Part shown: positions 28,966 through 43,900 of the stretch, piece by piece
How positions within the stretch are numbered: the first letter of the stretch is position 1
Layout of the letters: each line of letters opens with the position of its first letter
Origin: Eledone cirrhosa
Taxonomy: Eukaryota
Assembly: GCA_964016885.1 (NCBI GenBank)
Contig: OZ024740.1
Location: forward strand, 7,068,001-7,132,000
Length of the DNA stretch: 64,000 nt
Direction: 5' to 3'
The notes under the pieces: generated by a model
Seen by the model: the letters and a program-made list of their open reading frames with translations, nothing else
What the model was told of the DNA's origin: nothing
Database searches by the model: none
Program-made: the position numbers and the translations under genes

Positions 28966-31900
28966 TGACCTGGGAATATTACCAGTTTTGGTGAGGTCAA
29001 CATTTCACATCTGACCTGGGACTATTACTATCTATGGTGAGGCCTATATTTCACATCTGACCTGGGACTGTTACCAGCTTTGGTGAGGTCTACATTTCAC
29101 ATCTGATCTGGGACTATTACAAGTTCTGGTTAGGACTACATATCACATCTGACCTTGGACTATTACTAGCTGTGGTGAGGTCTACATTTCACATCTGACG
29201 TGGGACTATTATCAGCTGTGGTGAGGTCTACATTTAAAATCTGACCTGGGACTATTACCAGCTCTGGTGAGGCCTACATTTCACATCTGACCTGGGACTA
29301 TTACCAGCTATGGTGAGACCTACATTTCACATCTGACCTGGGAGTATTACCAGCTCTGGTGAGACCTACTTTCACATCTGACCTGGGACTATTACCAGCT
29401 CTGGTGAGGCCTACATTTCACATCTGACCTGGAAATATTACCAGCTATGGTGGGGGCTACATTTCACATCTGACCTGGGACTATTACCAGCTCTGGTGAG
29501 GCCTGCATTTCACATTTGACCTGGGACTATTACCAGCTACGGTGAGGTCTACATTTTAACATCTGATCTGGGAATATTACCACCTATCGTGAGGCCTACA
29601 TTTCACATCTGACCTGGGACTATTACCAGCTGAGGTGAGGCCTACATTTCACATCTGACCTGGGACTATTACCATCTATGGTGAGGCCTACATTTCACAT
29701 CTGACCTGGGACTATTACCAGCTCTGGTGAGGCCTACATTTCACATCTGACCTTGGAATATTACCAGTTATGGTAAGGTCTAGATTTCACATCTGACCTG
29801 GGACTATTACTAGCTGTAGTGAAGTAAACATTTCACATTTGACCTGGGACTATTACCAGCTATGGTGAGACCTACATTTCACATCTAACCTGATACTATT
29901 ACCAGCTCTGGTGAGTTCTACATTTCACATCTGACCTAGGACTATTTCCAGCTGTGGTACGGTTTACTTTTCACATCTGACTAGGGACTATTCCCAGCTC
30001 TTCTGAGCCTACATTTCACGTCTGACTTGTGACTATTACCATCTCTGGTGAGGTATACATTTTACATCTGACCTGGGACTATTACCAGCTCTGATGAGGT
30101 CTACATTTCACATCTGACCTGGGACTATTACCAGCTCTGGTGAGGCCTACATTTCACATCTGACCTGGGACTATTACCAGCTCTGGTGAGGTCTACCATT
30201 CACATATGACCTGGCAATATTACCAGCTATGGTAAGGTCTAGATTTCACATCTGACCTGGGACTATTACAATCTCTGGTGAGGTCTACATTTCCCATCTG
30301 ACCTGGGACTATTACCAGCTCTGGTGAGGCCTACATTTCACATCTGACCTGGAAATATTACCAGCTATGATGAGGCTTACATTTCACATCTGACCTGGGA
30401 CTATTATCAGCTCTGGTGAGGTCTACATTTCACATCTGCCCTGGGACTATTACTAGCTCTGGTGAGGTCTACATTTCACATCTGACCTTGGACCATTAGC
30501 AGCTCTGGTGAGGTCTACATATCACATCTAACCTGGGACTATTACCTGCTCTGCTGGGGTCTACATTTCATATCTGACCTGGGACTATTACCAGCTTTGG
30601 TGAGGCCTACATTTCACATCTGATCTTGGATTATTTCCAGCTCTGGTTAGGACTACATTTCACATCTGACCTTGGACTATTACTAGCTGTGGTGAGGTCT
30701 TCATTTCACATCTGACCTGGGACTATTACCATCTGTGGTAAGGTTAATTTTCACATCTGACAAGGGACTATTACCAGCTCTGGTGAGGTCTACATTTCAC
30801 ATGTGACCTGGGACAATTACCAGCTCTGGTGAGGCCTACATTTCACATCTGGTTTGGGACTATTTCTAGCTCTGGTTAGGACTACATTTCGCATCTGAAC
30901 TGGGACTATTACTAGCTGTGGTAAGGTTTACTTTTCACATCTGACCTGAGACTATTACCAGATCTGGTGATATCTACATTTCACATCTCACCTGGGACTA
31001 TTAACAGCTGTGGTGAGACCTACATTTTACATCTCACCTGGGACTAATACCAGCTGTGGTGAGGCCTACATTTCACATCTGACCTGGGAATATTACCTGC
31101 TGTGGTGAGACCTACATTTAACATCTGACCTGGGACTATTACCAGCTGTGGTGAGGCTTACATTTCACATCTGACCTGGGAATATTACCAGCTTTGGTGA
31201 GACCTACATTTCACATCTGACCTGGGACTATTACTAGCTGTGGTGAGGCCTACATTGACATCTGACCTGGCATTATTACCAGCTATTGTGAGGCCTACAT
31301 TTCACATCTGACCTTGGAATATTACCATCTATGGTAAGGTCTAGATTTCACATCTGACCTGGGACTATTACTAGCTGTGGTGAGGTATACATTTTACATC
31401 TGACCTGGGACTATTACCAGCTCTCGTGAGGTCTACATTTCACATCTGACCTGGGACTATTACGATCTATGGTGATGCCTACATTTCACATCAGACCTGG
31501 GACTAATACCAGCTCTGGTGAGGTCTACATTTCACATCTGACTTGTGACTATTCCCATCTCTGGTGAGGTCTACATTTCACTTCTGACCTGGGACTATTA
31601 CCAGCTATGGTGAGGCCTATATTTCACATCTGAACTTGGAATATTTCCAGCTATGGTAAGGTCTAGATTTCACATCTGACCTGGGAGTATTACCAGCTCT
31701 GGTGAGGTCTACATTTCACATCTGACCTGGGACTATTACCAGCTATGGTGAGGTCTACATTTCACATCTGACCTGGGAATATTACCAGTTTTGGTGAGGT
31801 CAACATTTCACATCTGACCTGGGACTATTACCAGCTCTGGTGAAGTCTACATTTCACATCTGACATGGGACTATTACCAGCTCTGGTGAGGTCTACATTT

Positions 31901-34900
31901 CACATCTAACCTGGGAATATTACCAGCTCTGGTGAGGTCTACATTTCACATCTGACCTGGGACTATTACCAGGTCTGGTGAGGCCTACATTTCACATCTG
32001 ACCTGAAACTATTACCAGCTTTGGTGAGGCCTACATTTCACATCTGATCTTGGATTATTTCCCAACTCTGGTTAGGACTACATTTCACATCTGACCTGGG
32101 ACTATTACCAGCTGTGGTAAGGTTACTTTTCACATCTGACAAGGGACTATTACCAGCTCTGGTGCGGCCTACATTTCACATCTGACTCGTGACTATTACC
32201 ATCTCTGGTGAGGTCTACCATTCACATATGACCTGGGAATATTACCAGTTCTGGTGAAACCTACATTTCACATGTGACCTGGGACTATTACCAGCTCTGG
32301 TGAGACCTACATTTCACATCTGACCTGGGACTATTACCAGCTATGGCGAGGCCTACATTTCACATCTGACCTGGGACTATAACCAGCTCTGGTGAGGTCT
32401 ATATTTCACATCTGACCTGGGACTATTACCAGCTCTGGTGAGGTCTACATTTCACATCTGACCTGGGACTATTACCAGCTCTGGTGAGGCCTACATTTCA
32501 CATCTGACCTGGAAATATTACCAGCTATGGTGGGGGCTACATTTCACATCTGACCTGGGATTATTACCAGCTATGATGAGGCTTACATTTCACATCTGAC
32601 CTGGGACTATTACCAGATCTGGTGAGGTCTACATTTCACATCTGACCTGGGACTATTATCAGCTCTGGTGAGGTCTACATTTCACATCTGACCTGGGACT
32701 ATTACTAGCTCTGGTGAGGTCTACATTTCACATCTGACCTTGGACCATTAGCAGCTCTGGTGAGGTCTACATATCACATCGAACCTGGGACTATTACTAG
32801 CTCTGCTGGGGTCTACATTTCATATCTGACCTGGGACTATTACCAGCTTTGGTGAGGCCTACATTTCACATCTGATCTTGGATTATTTCCAGCTCTGGTT
32901 AGGACTACATTTCACATCTGACCTGGGACTATTACCAGCTCTGGTGAGGTCTACATTTCACATCTGACCTGGGACTATTACCAGCTATGGTGAGGTCTAC
33001 ATTTCACATCTGACCTGGGAATATTACCAGTTCTGGTGAAACCTACATTTCACATCTGACCTGGGATTATTACCAGCTATGGTGAGGCCTACATTTCACA
33101 TCTGACCTGGGACTATTACCAGCTAAGGTGAGGACTACATTTCACATCTGACCTGGGACTATTACCAGCTATGGCGAGGCCTACATTTCACATCTAACCT
33201 GGGACTATAACCAGCTCTGGTGAGGTCTATATTTCACATCTGACTTGGGACTATTACCAGCTATGGTGAGGTCTACATTTGACATCTGACCTGGGACTAT
33301 TACCAGCTACGGTGAGGCTTACATTTCACATCTGACCTGGGACTATTATCAGCTATGGTGAGGCCTACATTTCACATCTGACCTGGGACTATTACCAGCT
33401 CTGGTGAGGCCTACATCTCACATCTGACCTTGGAATATTACCAGCTATGGTAAGGTCTAGATTTCACATCTGACCTGGGACTATTACCAGCTCTGGTGAG
33501 GTCTACATTTCACATCTGACCTGGGACTATTTCCAGCAAAGGTGGGGTCTACATTTCATATCTGACCTGGGACTATTTCCAGCTATGGTGAGGCCTACAT
33601 TTCACATCTGATCTGAGACTATTACCAGCTCTGTTGAGGTCTACATTTCACATCTGACCTGGGAATATTACCAGCTCTGGTGAGGTCTACGTTTCACATC
33701 TGACCTGGGACTATTACCAGCTATGGTGAGACCTACATTTCACATCTGACCTGGGACTATTACCAGCTCTGGTGAGACCTACTTTCACATCTGACCTGGG
33801 ACTATTACCAGCTCTGGTGAGGCCTACATTTCACATCTGACCTGGAAATATTACCAGCTATGGTGGGGGCTACATTTCACATCTGACCTGGGACTATTAT
33901 CAGCTCTGGTGAGGTCTACATTTCACATCTGACCTTGGACCATTAGCAGCTCTGGTGAGGTCTACATATCACATCGAACCTGGGACTATTACCAGCTCTG
34001 CTGGGGTCTACATTTCATATCTGACCTGGGACTATTACCAGCTTTGGTGAGGCCTACATTTCACATCTGATCTTGGATTATTTCCAGCTCTGGTTAGGAC
34101 TACATTTCACATCTGACCTTGGACTATTACTAGCTGTGGTGAGGTCTTCATTTCACATCTGACCTGAGATTATTACCATCTGTGGTAAGGTTACTTTTCA
34201 CATGTGACAAGGGACTATTACCAGCTCTGGTGAGGTCTACATTTCACATCTGACCTGGGAATATTACCAGTTTTGGTGAGGTCAACATTTCACATCTGAC
34301 CTTGGAATATTACCAGCTATAGTAAGGTCTAGATTTCACATCTGACCTGGGACTATTACTAGCTGTGGTGAGGTATACACTTTACATCTGACCTGGGACT
34401 ATTACCAGCTCTCGTGAGGTCTACATTTCACATCTGACCTGGGACTATTACGATCTATGGTGATGCCTACATTTCACATCAGACCTGGGACTATTACCAG
34501 CTCTGGTGAGGTCTACATTTCACATCTGACTTGTGACTATTCCCATCTCTGGTGAGGTCTACATTTCACCTCTGACCTGGGACTATTACCAGCTATGATG
34601 AGGCCTATATTTCACATCTGAACTTGGAATATTACCAGCTATGGTAAGGTCTAGATTTCACATCTGACCTGGGACTATTACCAGCTCTGGTGAGGTCTTC
34701 ATTTCACATCTGACCTGGGACTATTACCAGCTATGGTGAGGTCTACATTTCACATCTGACCTGGGAATATTACCAGTTTTGGTGAGGTCAACATTTCACA
34801 TCTGACCTGGGACTATTACCAGCTCTGGTGAAGTCTACATTTCACATCTGACCTGGGAATATTACCAGCTCTGGTGAGGTCTACATTTCACATCTAACCT

Positions 34901-37900
34901 GGGAATATTACCAGCTCTGGTGAGGTCTACATTTCACATCTGACCTGGGACTATTACCAGGTCTGGTGAGGCCTACATTTCACATCTGACCTGAAACTAT
35001 TACCAGCTTTGGTGAGGCCTACATTTCACATCTGATCTTGGATTATTTCCCAACTCTGGTTAGGACTACATTTCACATCTGACCTGGGACTATTACCAGC
35101 TGTGGTAAGGTTACTTTTCACATCTGACAAGGGACTATTACCAGCTCTGGTGCGGCCTACATTTCACATCTGACTCGTGACTATTACCATCTCTGGTGAG
35201 GTCTACCATTCACATATGACCTGGGAATATTACCAGCTATGGTGAGGCCTACATTTCACATCTGACCTGGGACTATTACCAGTTCTGGTGAAACCTACAT
35301 TTCACATCTGACCTGGGATTATTACCAGCTATGGTGAGGCCTACATTTCACATCTGACCTGGGACTATTACCAGCTCTGGTGAGGTCTACATTTAACATG
35401 TGACCTGGGACTATTACCAGCTCTGGTGAGACCTACATTTCACATCTGACCTGGGACTATTACCAGCTAAGGTGAGGACTACATTTCACATCTGACCTGG
35501 GACTATTACCAGCTATGGCGAGGCCTACATTTCACATCTGACCTGGGACTATAACCAGCTCTGGTGAGGTCTATATTTCACATCTGACTTGGGACTATTA
35601 CCAGCTATTGTGAAGTCTACATTTCACATCTTACCTGGGACTATTACCAGCTATGGTGAGGCCTACATTTCACATCTGACCTGGGACTATTACCAGCTCT
35701 GGTGAGGCCTACATCTCACATCTGACCTTGGAATATTACCAGCTATGGTAAGGTCTAGATTTCACATCTGACCTGGGACTATTACCAGCTCTGGTGAGGT
35801 CTACATTTCACATCTGACCTGGGACTATTACCAGCAAATGTGGGGTCTACATTTTATAGCTGACCTGGGACTATTTCCATCTATGGTGAGGCCTACATTT
35901 CACATCTGATCTGAGACTATTACCAGCTCTGTTGAGGTCTACATTTCACATCTGACCTGGGACTATTACCAGCTCTGGTGAGGCCTACATTTCACATCTG
36001 ACCTGGGAATGTTACCAGCTCTGGTGAGGTCTACCATTCACATATGACCTGGCAATATTACCAGCTATGGTAAGGTCTAGATTTCACATCTGACCTGGGA
36101 CTATCACCAGCTCTGGTGAGGTCTACATTTCACATCTGACCTGGGACTATTACCAGCTATGGTGAGACCTACATTTCACATCTGATCTGGGACTATTACC
36201 AGCTCTGGGGAGACCTACTTTCACATCTGACCTGGGACTATTACCAGCTCTGGTGAGGCCTACATTTCACATCTGACCTGGAAATATTACCAGCTATGGT
36301 GGGGGCTACATTTCACATCTGACCTGGGACTATTACCAGCTATGATGAGGCTTACATTTCACATCTGACCTGGGACTATTATCAGCTCTGGTGAGGTCTA
36401 CATTTCACATCTGACCTGGGACTATTATCAGCTCTGGTGAGGTCTACATTTCACATCTGACCTGGGACTATTACTAGCTCTGGTGAGGTCTACATTTCAC
36501 ATCTGACCTTGGACCATTAGCAGCTCTGGTGAGGTCTACATATCACATCGAACCTGGGACTATTACCACCTCTGCTGGGGTCTACATTTCATATCTGACC
36601 TGGGACTATTACCAGCTTTGGTGAGGCCTACATTTCACATCTGATCTTGGATTATTTCCAGCTCTGGTTAGGACTACATTTCACATCTGACCTGGGACTA
36701 TTACCAGCTCTGGTGAGGTCTACATTTCACATCTGACCTGGGACTATTACCAGCTATGGTGAGGTCTACATTTCACATCTGACCTGGGAATATTACCAGT
36801 TTTGGTGAGGTCAACATTTCACATCTGACCTGGGACTATTATCAGCTATGGTGAGGCCTACATTTCACATCTGACCTGGGAATATTACCAGTTTTGGTGA
36901 GGTCAACATTTCACATCTGACCTGGGACTATTACCAGCTCTGGTGAAGTCTACATTTCACATCTAACCTGGGACTATTACCAGCTACGGTGAGGCTTACA
37001 TTTCACATCTGACCTGGGACTATTACCAGCTATGGTGAGGCCTACATTTCACATTTGACCTGGGAATATTACCAGTTTTGGTGAGGTCAACATTTCACAT
37101 CTGACCTGGGACTATTACCAGCTCTGGTGAAGTCTACATTTCACATCTAACCTGGGACTATTTCCAGCTACGGTGAGGCTTACATTTCACATCTGACCTG
37201 GGACTATTATCAGCTATGGTGAGGCCTACATTTCACATCTGACCTGGGACTATTACCAGCTCTGGTGAGGTCTACATTTCACATCTGACCTGGGACTATT
37301 ACCAGCTATGGTGAGACCTACATTTCACATCTGACCTGGGACTATTACCAGCTCTGGTGAGACCTACTTTCACATCTGACCTGGGACTATTACCAGCTCT
37401 GGTGAGGCCTACATTTCACATCTGACCTGGAAATATTACCAGCTATGGTGGGGGCTACATTTCACATCTGACTTGGGACTATTATCAGCTCTGGTGAGGT
37501 CTACATTTCACATCTGACCTGGGACTATTACTAGCTCTGGTGAGGTCTACATTTCACATCTGACCTTGGACCATTGGCAGCTCTGGTGAGGTCTACATAT
37601 CACATCGAACCTGGGTCTATTACCAGCTCTGCTGGGGTCTACATTTCATATCTGACCTGGGACTATTACCAGCTTTGGTGAGGCCTACATTTCACATCTG
37701 ATCTTGGATTATTTCCAGCTGTGGTTAGGACTACATTTCACATCTGACCTTGGACTATTACTAGCTGTGGTGAGGTCTTCATTTCACATCTTACCTAGGA
37801 CTATTACCATCTGTGGTAAGGTTACTTTTCACATGTGACAAGGGACTATTACCAGCTCTGGTGAGGTCTACATTTCACATCTGACCTGGGAATATTACCA

Positions 37901-40900
37901 GTTTTGGTGAGGTCAACATTTCACATCTGACCTGGGACTATTACCAGCTCTGGTGAAGTCTACATTTCACATCTAACCTGGGAATATTACCAGCTCTGGT
38001 GAGGTCTACATTTCACATCTGACCTGGGTCTATTACCAGCTCTGGTGAGGCCTACATTTCACATATGACCTGGGAATATTACCACTTATGGTGAGGCCTA
38101 CATTTCACATCTGACCTGGGACTATTACCAGTTCTGGTGAAACCTACATTTCACATCTGACCTGGGATTATTACCAGCTATGGTGAGGCCTACATTTCAC
38201 ATCTGACCTGGGACTATTACCAGCTCTGGTGAGGTCTACATTTAACATGTGACCTGGGACTATTACCAGCTCTGGTGAGACCTACATTTCACATCTGACC
38301 TGGGACTATTACCAGCTAAGGTGAGGACTACATTTCACATCTGACCTGGGACTATTACCAGCTATGGCGAGGCCTACATTTCACATCTGACCTGGGACTA
38401 TAACCAGCTCTGGTGAGGTCTATATTTCACATCTGACTTGGGACTATTACCAGCTATGGTGAGGTCTACATTTGACATCTGACCTGGGACTATTACCAGC
38501 TACGGTGAGGCTTACATTTCACATCTGACCTGGGACTATTATCAGCTATGGTGAGGCCTACATTTCACATCTGACCTGGAAATATTACCAGCTATGGTGG
38601 GGGCTACATTTCACATCTGACCTGGGACTATTATCAGCTCTGGTGAGGTCTACATTTCACATCTGACCTGGGACTATTACTAGCTCTGGTGAGGTCTACA
38701 TTTCACATCTGACCTTGGACCATTAGCAGCTCTGGTGAGGTCTACATATCACATCGAACCTGGGACTATTACCAGCTCTGCTGGGGTCTACATTTCATAT
38801 CTGACCTGGGACTATTACCAGCTTTGGTGAGGCCTACATTTCACATCTGATCTTGGATTATTTCCAGCTCTGGTTAGGACTACATTTCACATCTGACCTT
38901 GGACTATTACTAACTGTGGTGAGGTCTTCATTTCACATCTGACCTGGGACTATTACCATCTGTGGTAAGGTTACTTTTCACATGTGACAAGGGACTATTA
39001 CCAGCTCTGGTGAGGTCTACATTTCACATGTGACCTGGGACAATTATCAGCTCTGGTGAGGCCTACATTTCACATCTGGTGTGGGACTATTACCAGGTCT
39101 GGTTAGGACTACATTTCGCATCTGACCTGGGACTATTACCAGCTATGGTGAGGTCTACATTTCACATCTGACCTGGGAATATTACCAGTTTTGGTGAGGT
39201 CAACATTTCACATCTGACCTGGGAATATTACTATCTATGGTGAGGCCTATATCTCACATCTGACCTGGGACTATTACCAGCTTTGGTGAGGTCTACATTT
39301 CACATCTGATCTGGGACTATTACAAGTTCTGGTTAGGACTACATATCACATCTGACCTTGGACTATTACTAGCTGTGGTGAGGTCTACATTTCACATCTG
39401 ACGTAGGAATATTACCAGCTGTGGTGAGGTCTACATTTCAAATCTGACCTGGGACTATTACCAGCTCTGGTGAGGCCTACATTTCACATCTGACTTGTGA
39501 CTATTCGCATCTCTGGTGAGGTCTACATTTCACATCTGACCTGGGACTATTACTAGCTATGGTGAGGCATACATTTCACATCTGAACTTGGAATATTTCC
39601 AGCTATGGTAAGGTCTAGATTTCACATCTGACCTGGGACTATTACTAGCTGTAGTGAAATATACATTTCACATCTGACCTGGGACTATTACCAGCTCTGG
39701 TGAGGCCTGCATTTCACATTTGACCTGGGAGTATTACCAGCTATGGTGAGGTCTACATTTTAACACCTGATCTGGGAATATTACCACCTATGGTGAGGCC
39801 TACATTTCACATCTGACCTGGGACTATTACCAGCTGAGGTGAGGCCTACATTTCATATCTGACCTGGGACTATTACCATCTATGGTGAGGCCTACATTTC
39901 ACATCTGACCTGGGACTATTACCAGCACTGGTGAGGCCTACATTTCACATCTGACCTTGGAATATTACCAGTTATGGTAAGGTCAAGATTTCACATCTGA
40001 CCTGGGACTATTCCTAGCTGTAGTGAAGTATACATTTCACATCTGATCTGGGACTATTACCAGCTATGGTGAGACCTACATTTCACATTCTAACCTGAGA
40101 CTATTACCAGCTGTGGTGAATTCTACATTTCACATCTGACCTGGGACTATTTCCAGCTGTGGTACGGTTTACTTTTCACATCTGACTAGGTACTATTCCC
40201 AGCTCTTCTGAGCCTACATTTCACATCTGACTTGTGACTATTACCATCTCTGGTGAGGTCTACATTTCACATCTGACCTAGGACTATTACCAGCTATGGT
40301 GAGGCCTACATTTCACATCTGATCTTGGATTATTTCCAGCTCTGGTTAGGACTACATTTCACATCTGACCTTGGACTATTACTAGCTGTGGTGAGGTCTT
40401 CATTTCACATCTGACCTGGGACTATTACCATCTGTGGTAAGGTTACTTTTCACATCTGACAAGGGACTATTACCAGCTCTGGTGAGGTCTACATTTCACA
40501 TGTGACCTGGGACAATTACCAGCTCTGGTGAGGCCTACATTTCATATCTGACCTGGGTCTATTACCAGCTGTGGTGAGGCCTACATTTCACATCTGGTGT
40601 GGGACTATTACCAGCTCTGGTTAGGACTACATTTCGCATCTGAACTGGGACTATTACTAGCTGTGGGTAGGTTTACTTTTCACATCTGACCTGGGACTAT
40701 TACCAGATCTGGTGATATCTAGATTTCACATCTCACCTGGGACTATTACCAGCTGTGGTGAGACCTACATTTCACATCTGACCTGGGACTAATACCAGCT
40801 GTGGTGAGGCCTACATTTCACATCTGACCTGGGAATATTACCAGCTGTGGTGAGACCTACATTTCACATCTGACCTGGGAATATTACCAGCTGTGGTGAG

Positions 40901-43900
40901 GCTTACATTTCACATCTGACCTGGGAATATTACCAGCTGTGGTGAGATCTACATTTCACATCTGACCTGGGACTATTACCAGCTGTGGTGAGGCCTACAT
41001 TGACATCTGACCTGGCATTATTACCAGCTATTGTGAGGCCTACATTTCACATCTGACCTTGGAATATTACCAGCTATGGTAAGGTCTAGATTTCACATCT
41101 GACCTGGGACTATTACTAGCAGTGGTGAGGTATACATTTTACATCTGACCTGGGACTATTACCAGCTCTGGTGAGGTCTACATTTCACATCTGACCTGGG
41201 ACTATTACCAGCTCTGGTGAGGCCTACATTTCACATCTGACCTGGGACTATTACCAGCTCTGGTGAGGTCTACCATTCACATATGACCTGGCAATATTAC
41301 CAGCTATGGTAAGGTCTAGATTTCACATCTGACCTGGGACTATTACAATCTCTGGTGAGGTCTACATTTCTCATCTGACCTGGGACTATTACCAGCTATG
41401 GTGAGACCTACATTTCACATCTGACCTGGGACTATTACCAGCTCTGGTGAGGCCTACATTTCACATCTGACCTAGAAATATTACCAGCTATGGTGGGGCC
41501 TACATTTCACATCTGACCTGGGACTATTACCAGCTATGATGAGGCTTACATTTCACATCTAATCTGGGACTATTACCAGCTCTGGTGAGGTCTACATTTC
41601 ACATCTGACCTGGGACTATTATCAGCTCTGGTGAGGTCTACATTTCACATCTGACCTGGGACTATTACTAGCTCTGGTGAGGTCTACATTTCACATCTGT
41701 CCTGGGACCATTAGCAGCTCTGGTGAGGTCTACATATCACATCTAACCTGGGACTATTTCCTGCTCTGCTGGGGTCTACATTTCATATCTGACCTGGGAC
41801 TATTACCAGCTCTGGTTAGGACTACATTTCACATCTGACCTTGGACTATTACTAGCTGTGGTGAGGTCTTCATTTCACATCTGACAAGGGACTATTACCA
41901 GCTCTGGTGAGGTCTACATTTCACATGTGACCTGGGACAATTACCAGCTCTGGTGAGGCCTACATTTCACATCTGGTTTGGGACTATTACCAGCTCTGGT
42001 TAGGACTACATTTCGCATCTGAACTGGGACTATTACTAGCTGTGGTAAGGTTTACTTTTCACATCTGACCTGAGACTATTACCAGATCTGGTGATATCTA
42101 CATTTCACATCTCACCTGGGACTATTACCAGCTGTGGTGAGACCTACATTTTACATCTCACCTGGGACTAATACCAGCTGTGGTGAGGCCTACATTTCAC
42201 ATCTGACCTGGGAATATTACCAGCTGTGGTAAGACCTACATTTCACATCTGACCTGGGACTATTACTAGCTGTGGTGAGGCCTACATTGACATCTGACCT
42301 GGCATTATTACCAGCTATTGTGAGGCCTACATTTCACATCTGACCTTGGAATATTACCAGCTATGGTAAGGTCTAGATTTCACATCTGACCTGGGACTAT
42401 TACTAGCTGTGGTGAGGTATACATTTTACATCTGACCTCGGACTATTACCAGCTCTGGTGAGGTCTACATTTCACATCTGACTTGTGACTATTCCCATCT
42501 CTGGTGAGGTCTACATTTCACCTCTGACCTGGGACTATTACCAGCTATGGTGAGGCCTATATTTCACATCTGAACTTGGAATATTACCAGCTATGGTAAG
42601 GTCTAGATTTCACATCTGACCTGGGACTATTACCAGCTCTGGTGAGGTCTAAATTTCACATCTGACCTGGGACTATTACCAGCTATGGTGAGGTCTACAT
42701 TTCACATCTGACCTGGGACTATTACCAGCTCTGGTGAGGTCTACATTTCACATCTGACTTGTGACTATTCCCATCTCTGGTGAGGTCTACATTTCTCATC
42801 TGACCTGGGACTATTACCAGATTTTGTGAGGCCTACATTTCACATCTGACCTGGGACTATTACCAGCTATGGTGAGGTCTACATTTCACATCTGACCTGG
42901 GAATATTACCAGTTTTGGTGAGGTCAACATTTCACATCTGACCTGGGAGTATTACTATCTATGGTGAGGCCTATATTTCACATCTGACCTGGGACTATTA
43001 CCAGCTTTGGTGAGGTCTACATTTCGCATCTGATCTGGGACTATTACAAGTTCTGGTTAGGACTACATATTACATCTGACCTTGGACTATTACTAGCTGT
43101 GGTGAGGTCTACATTTCACATCTGACCTGGGACTATTACCAGCTGTGGTGAGGTCTACATTTCATATGTGACCTGGGACTATTACCAGCTCTGGTGAGGC
43201 CTACATTTCACATCTGACTTGTGACTATTCGCATCTCTGGTGAGGTCTACATTTCACATCTGACCTGGGACTATTACAAGCTATGGTGAGGCATACATTT
43301 CACATCTGAACTTGGAATATTACCAGATATGGTAAGGTCTAGATTTCACATCTGACCTGGGACTATTACTAGCTGTAGTGAAATATACATTTCACATCTG
43401 ACCTGGGACTATTACCAGCTCTGGTGAGGCCTGCATTTCACATCTGACCTGGGACTATTACCAGCTATGGTGAGGTCTACATTTTAACATCTGATCTGGG
43501 AATATTACCAGCTATGCTGAGGCCTACATTTCACATCTGACCTGGGACTATTACCAGCTGAGGTGAGACCTACATTTCACATCTGACCTGGGACAATTAC
43601 CAGCTCTGGTGAGGCCTACATTTCACATCTGACCTTGGAATATTACCAGTTATGGTAAGGTCTAGATTTCACATCTGACGTGGGACTATTACTAGCTATG
43701 GTTAGGTCTACATTTCACATCTACCCTGGGACTATTACTAGCTATGGTAAGGTCTAGATTTCACATCTGACCTGGGACTATTACTAGCTGTAGTGAAGTA
43801 TACATTTCACATCTGACCTGGGACTATTACCAGCTATGGTGAGACCTACATTTCACATCTAACCTGAGACTATTACCAGCTCTGGTGAGTTCTACATTTC

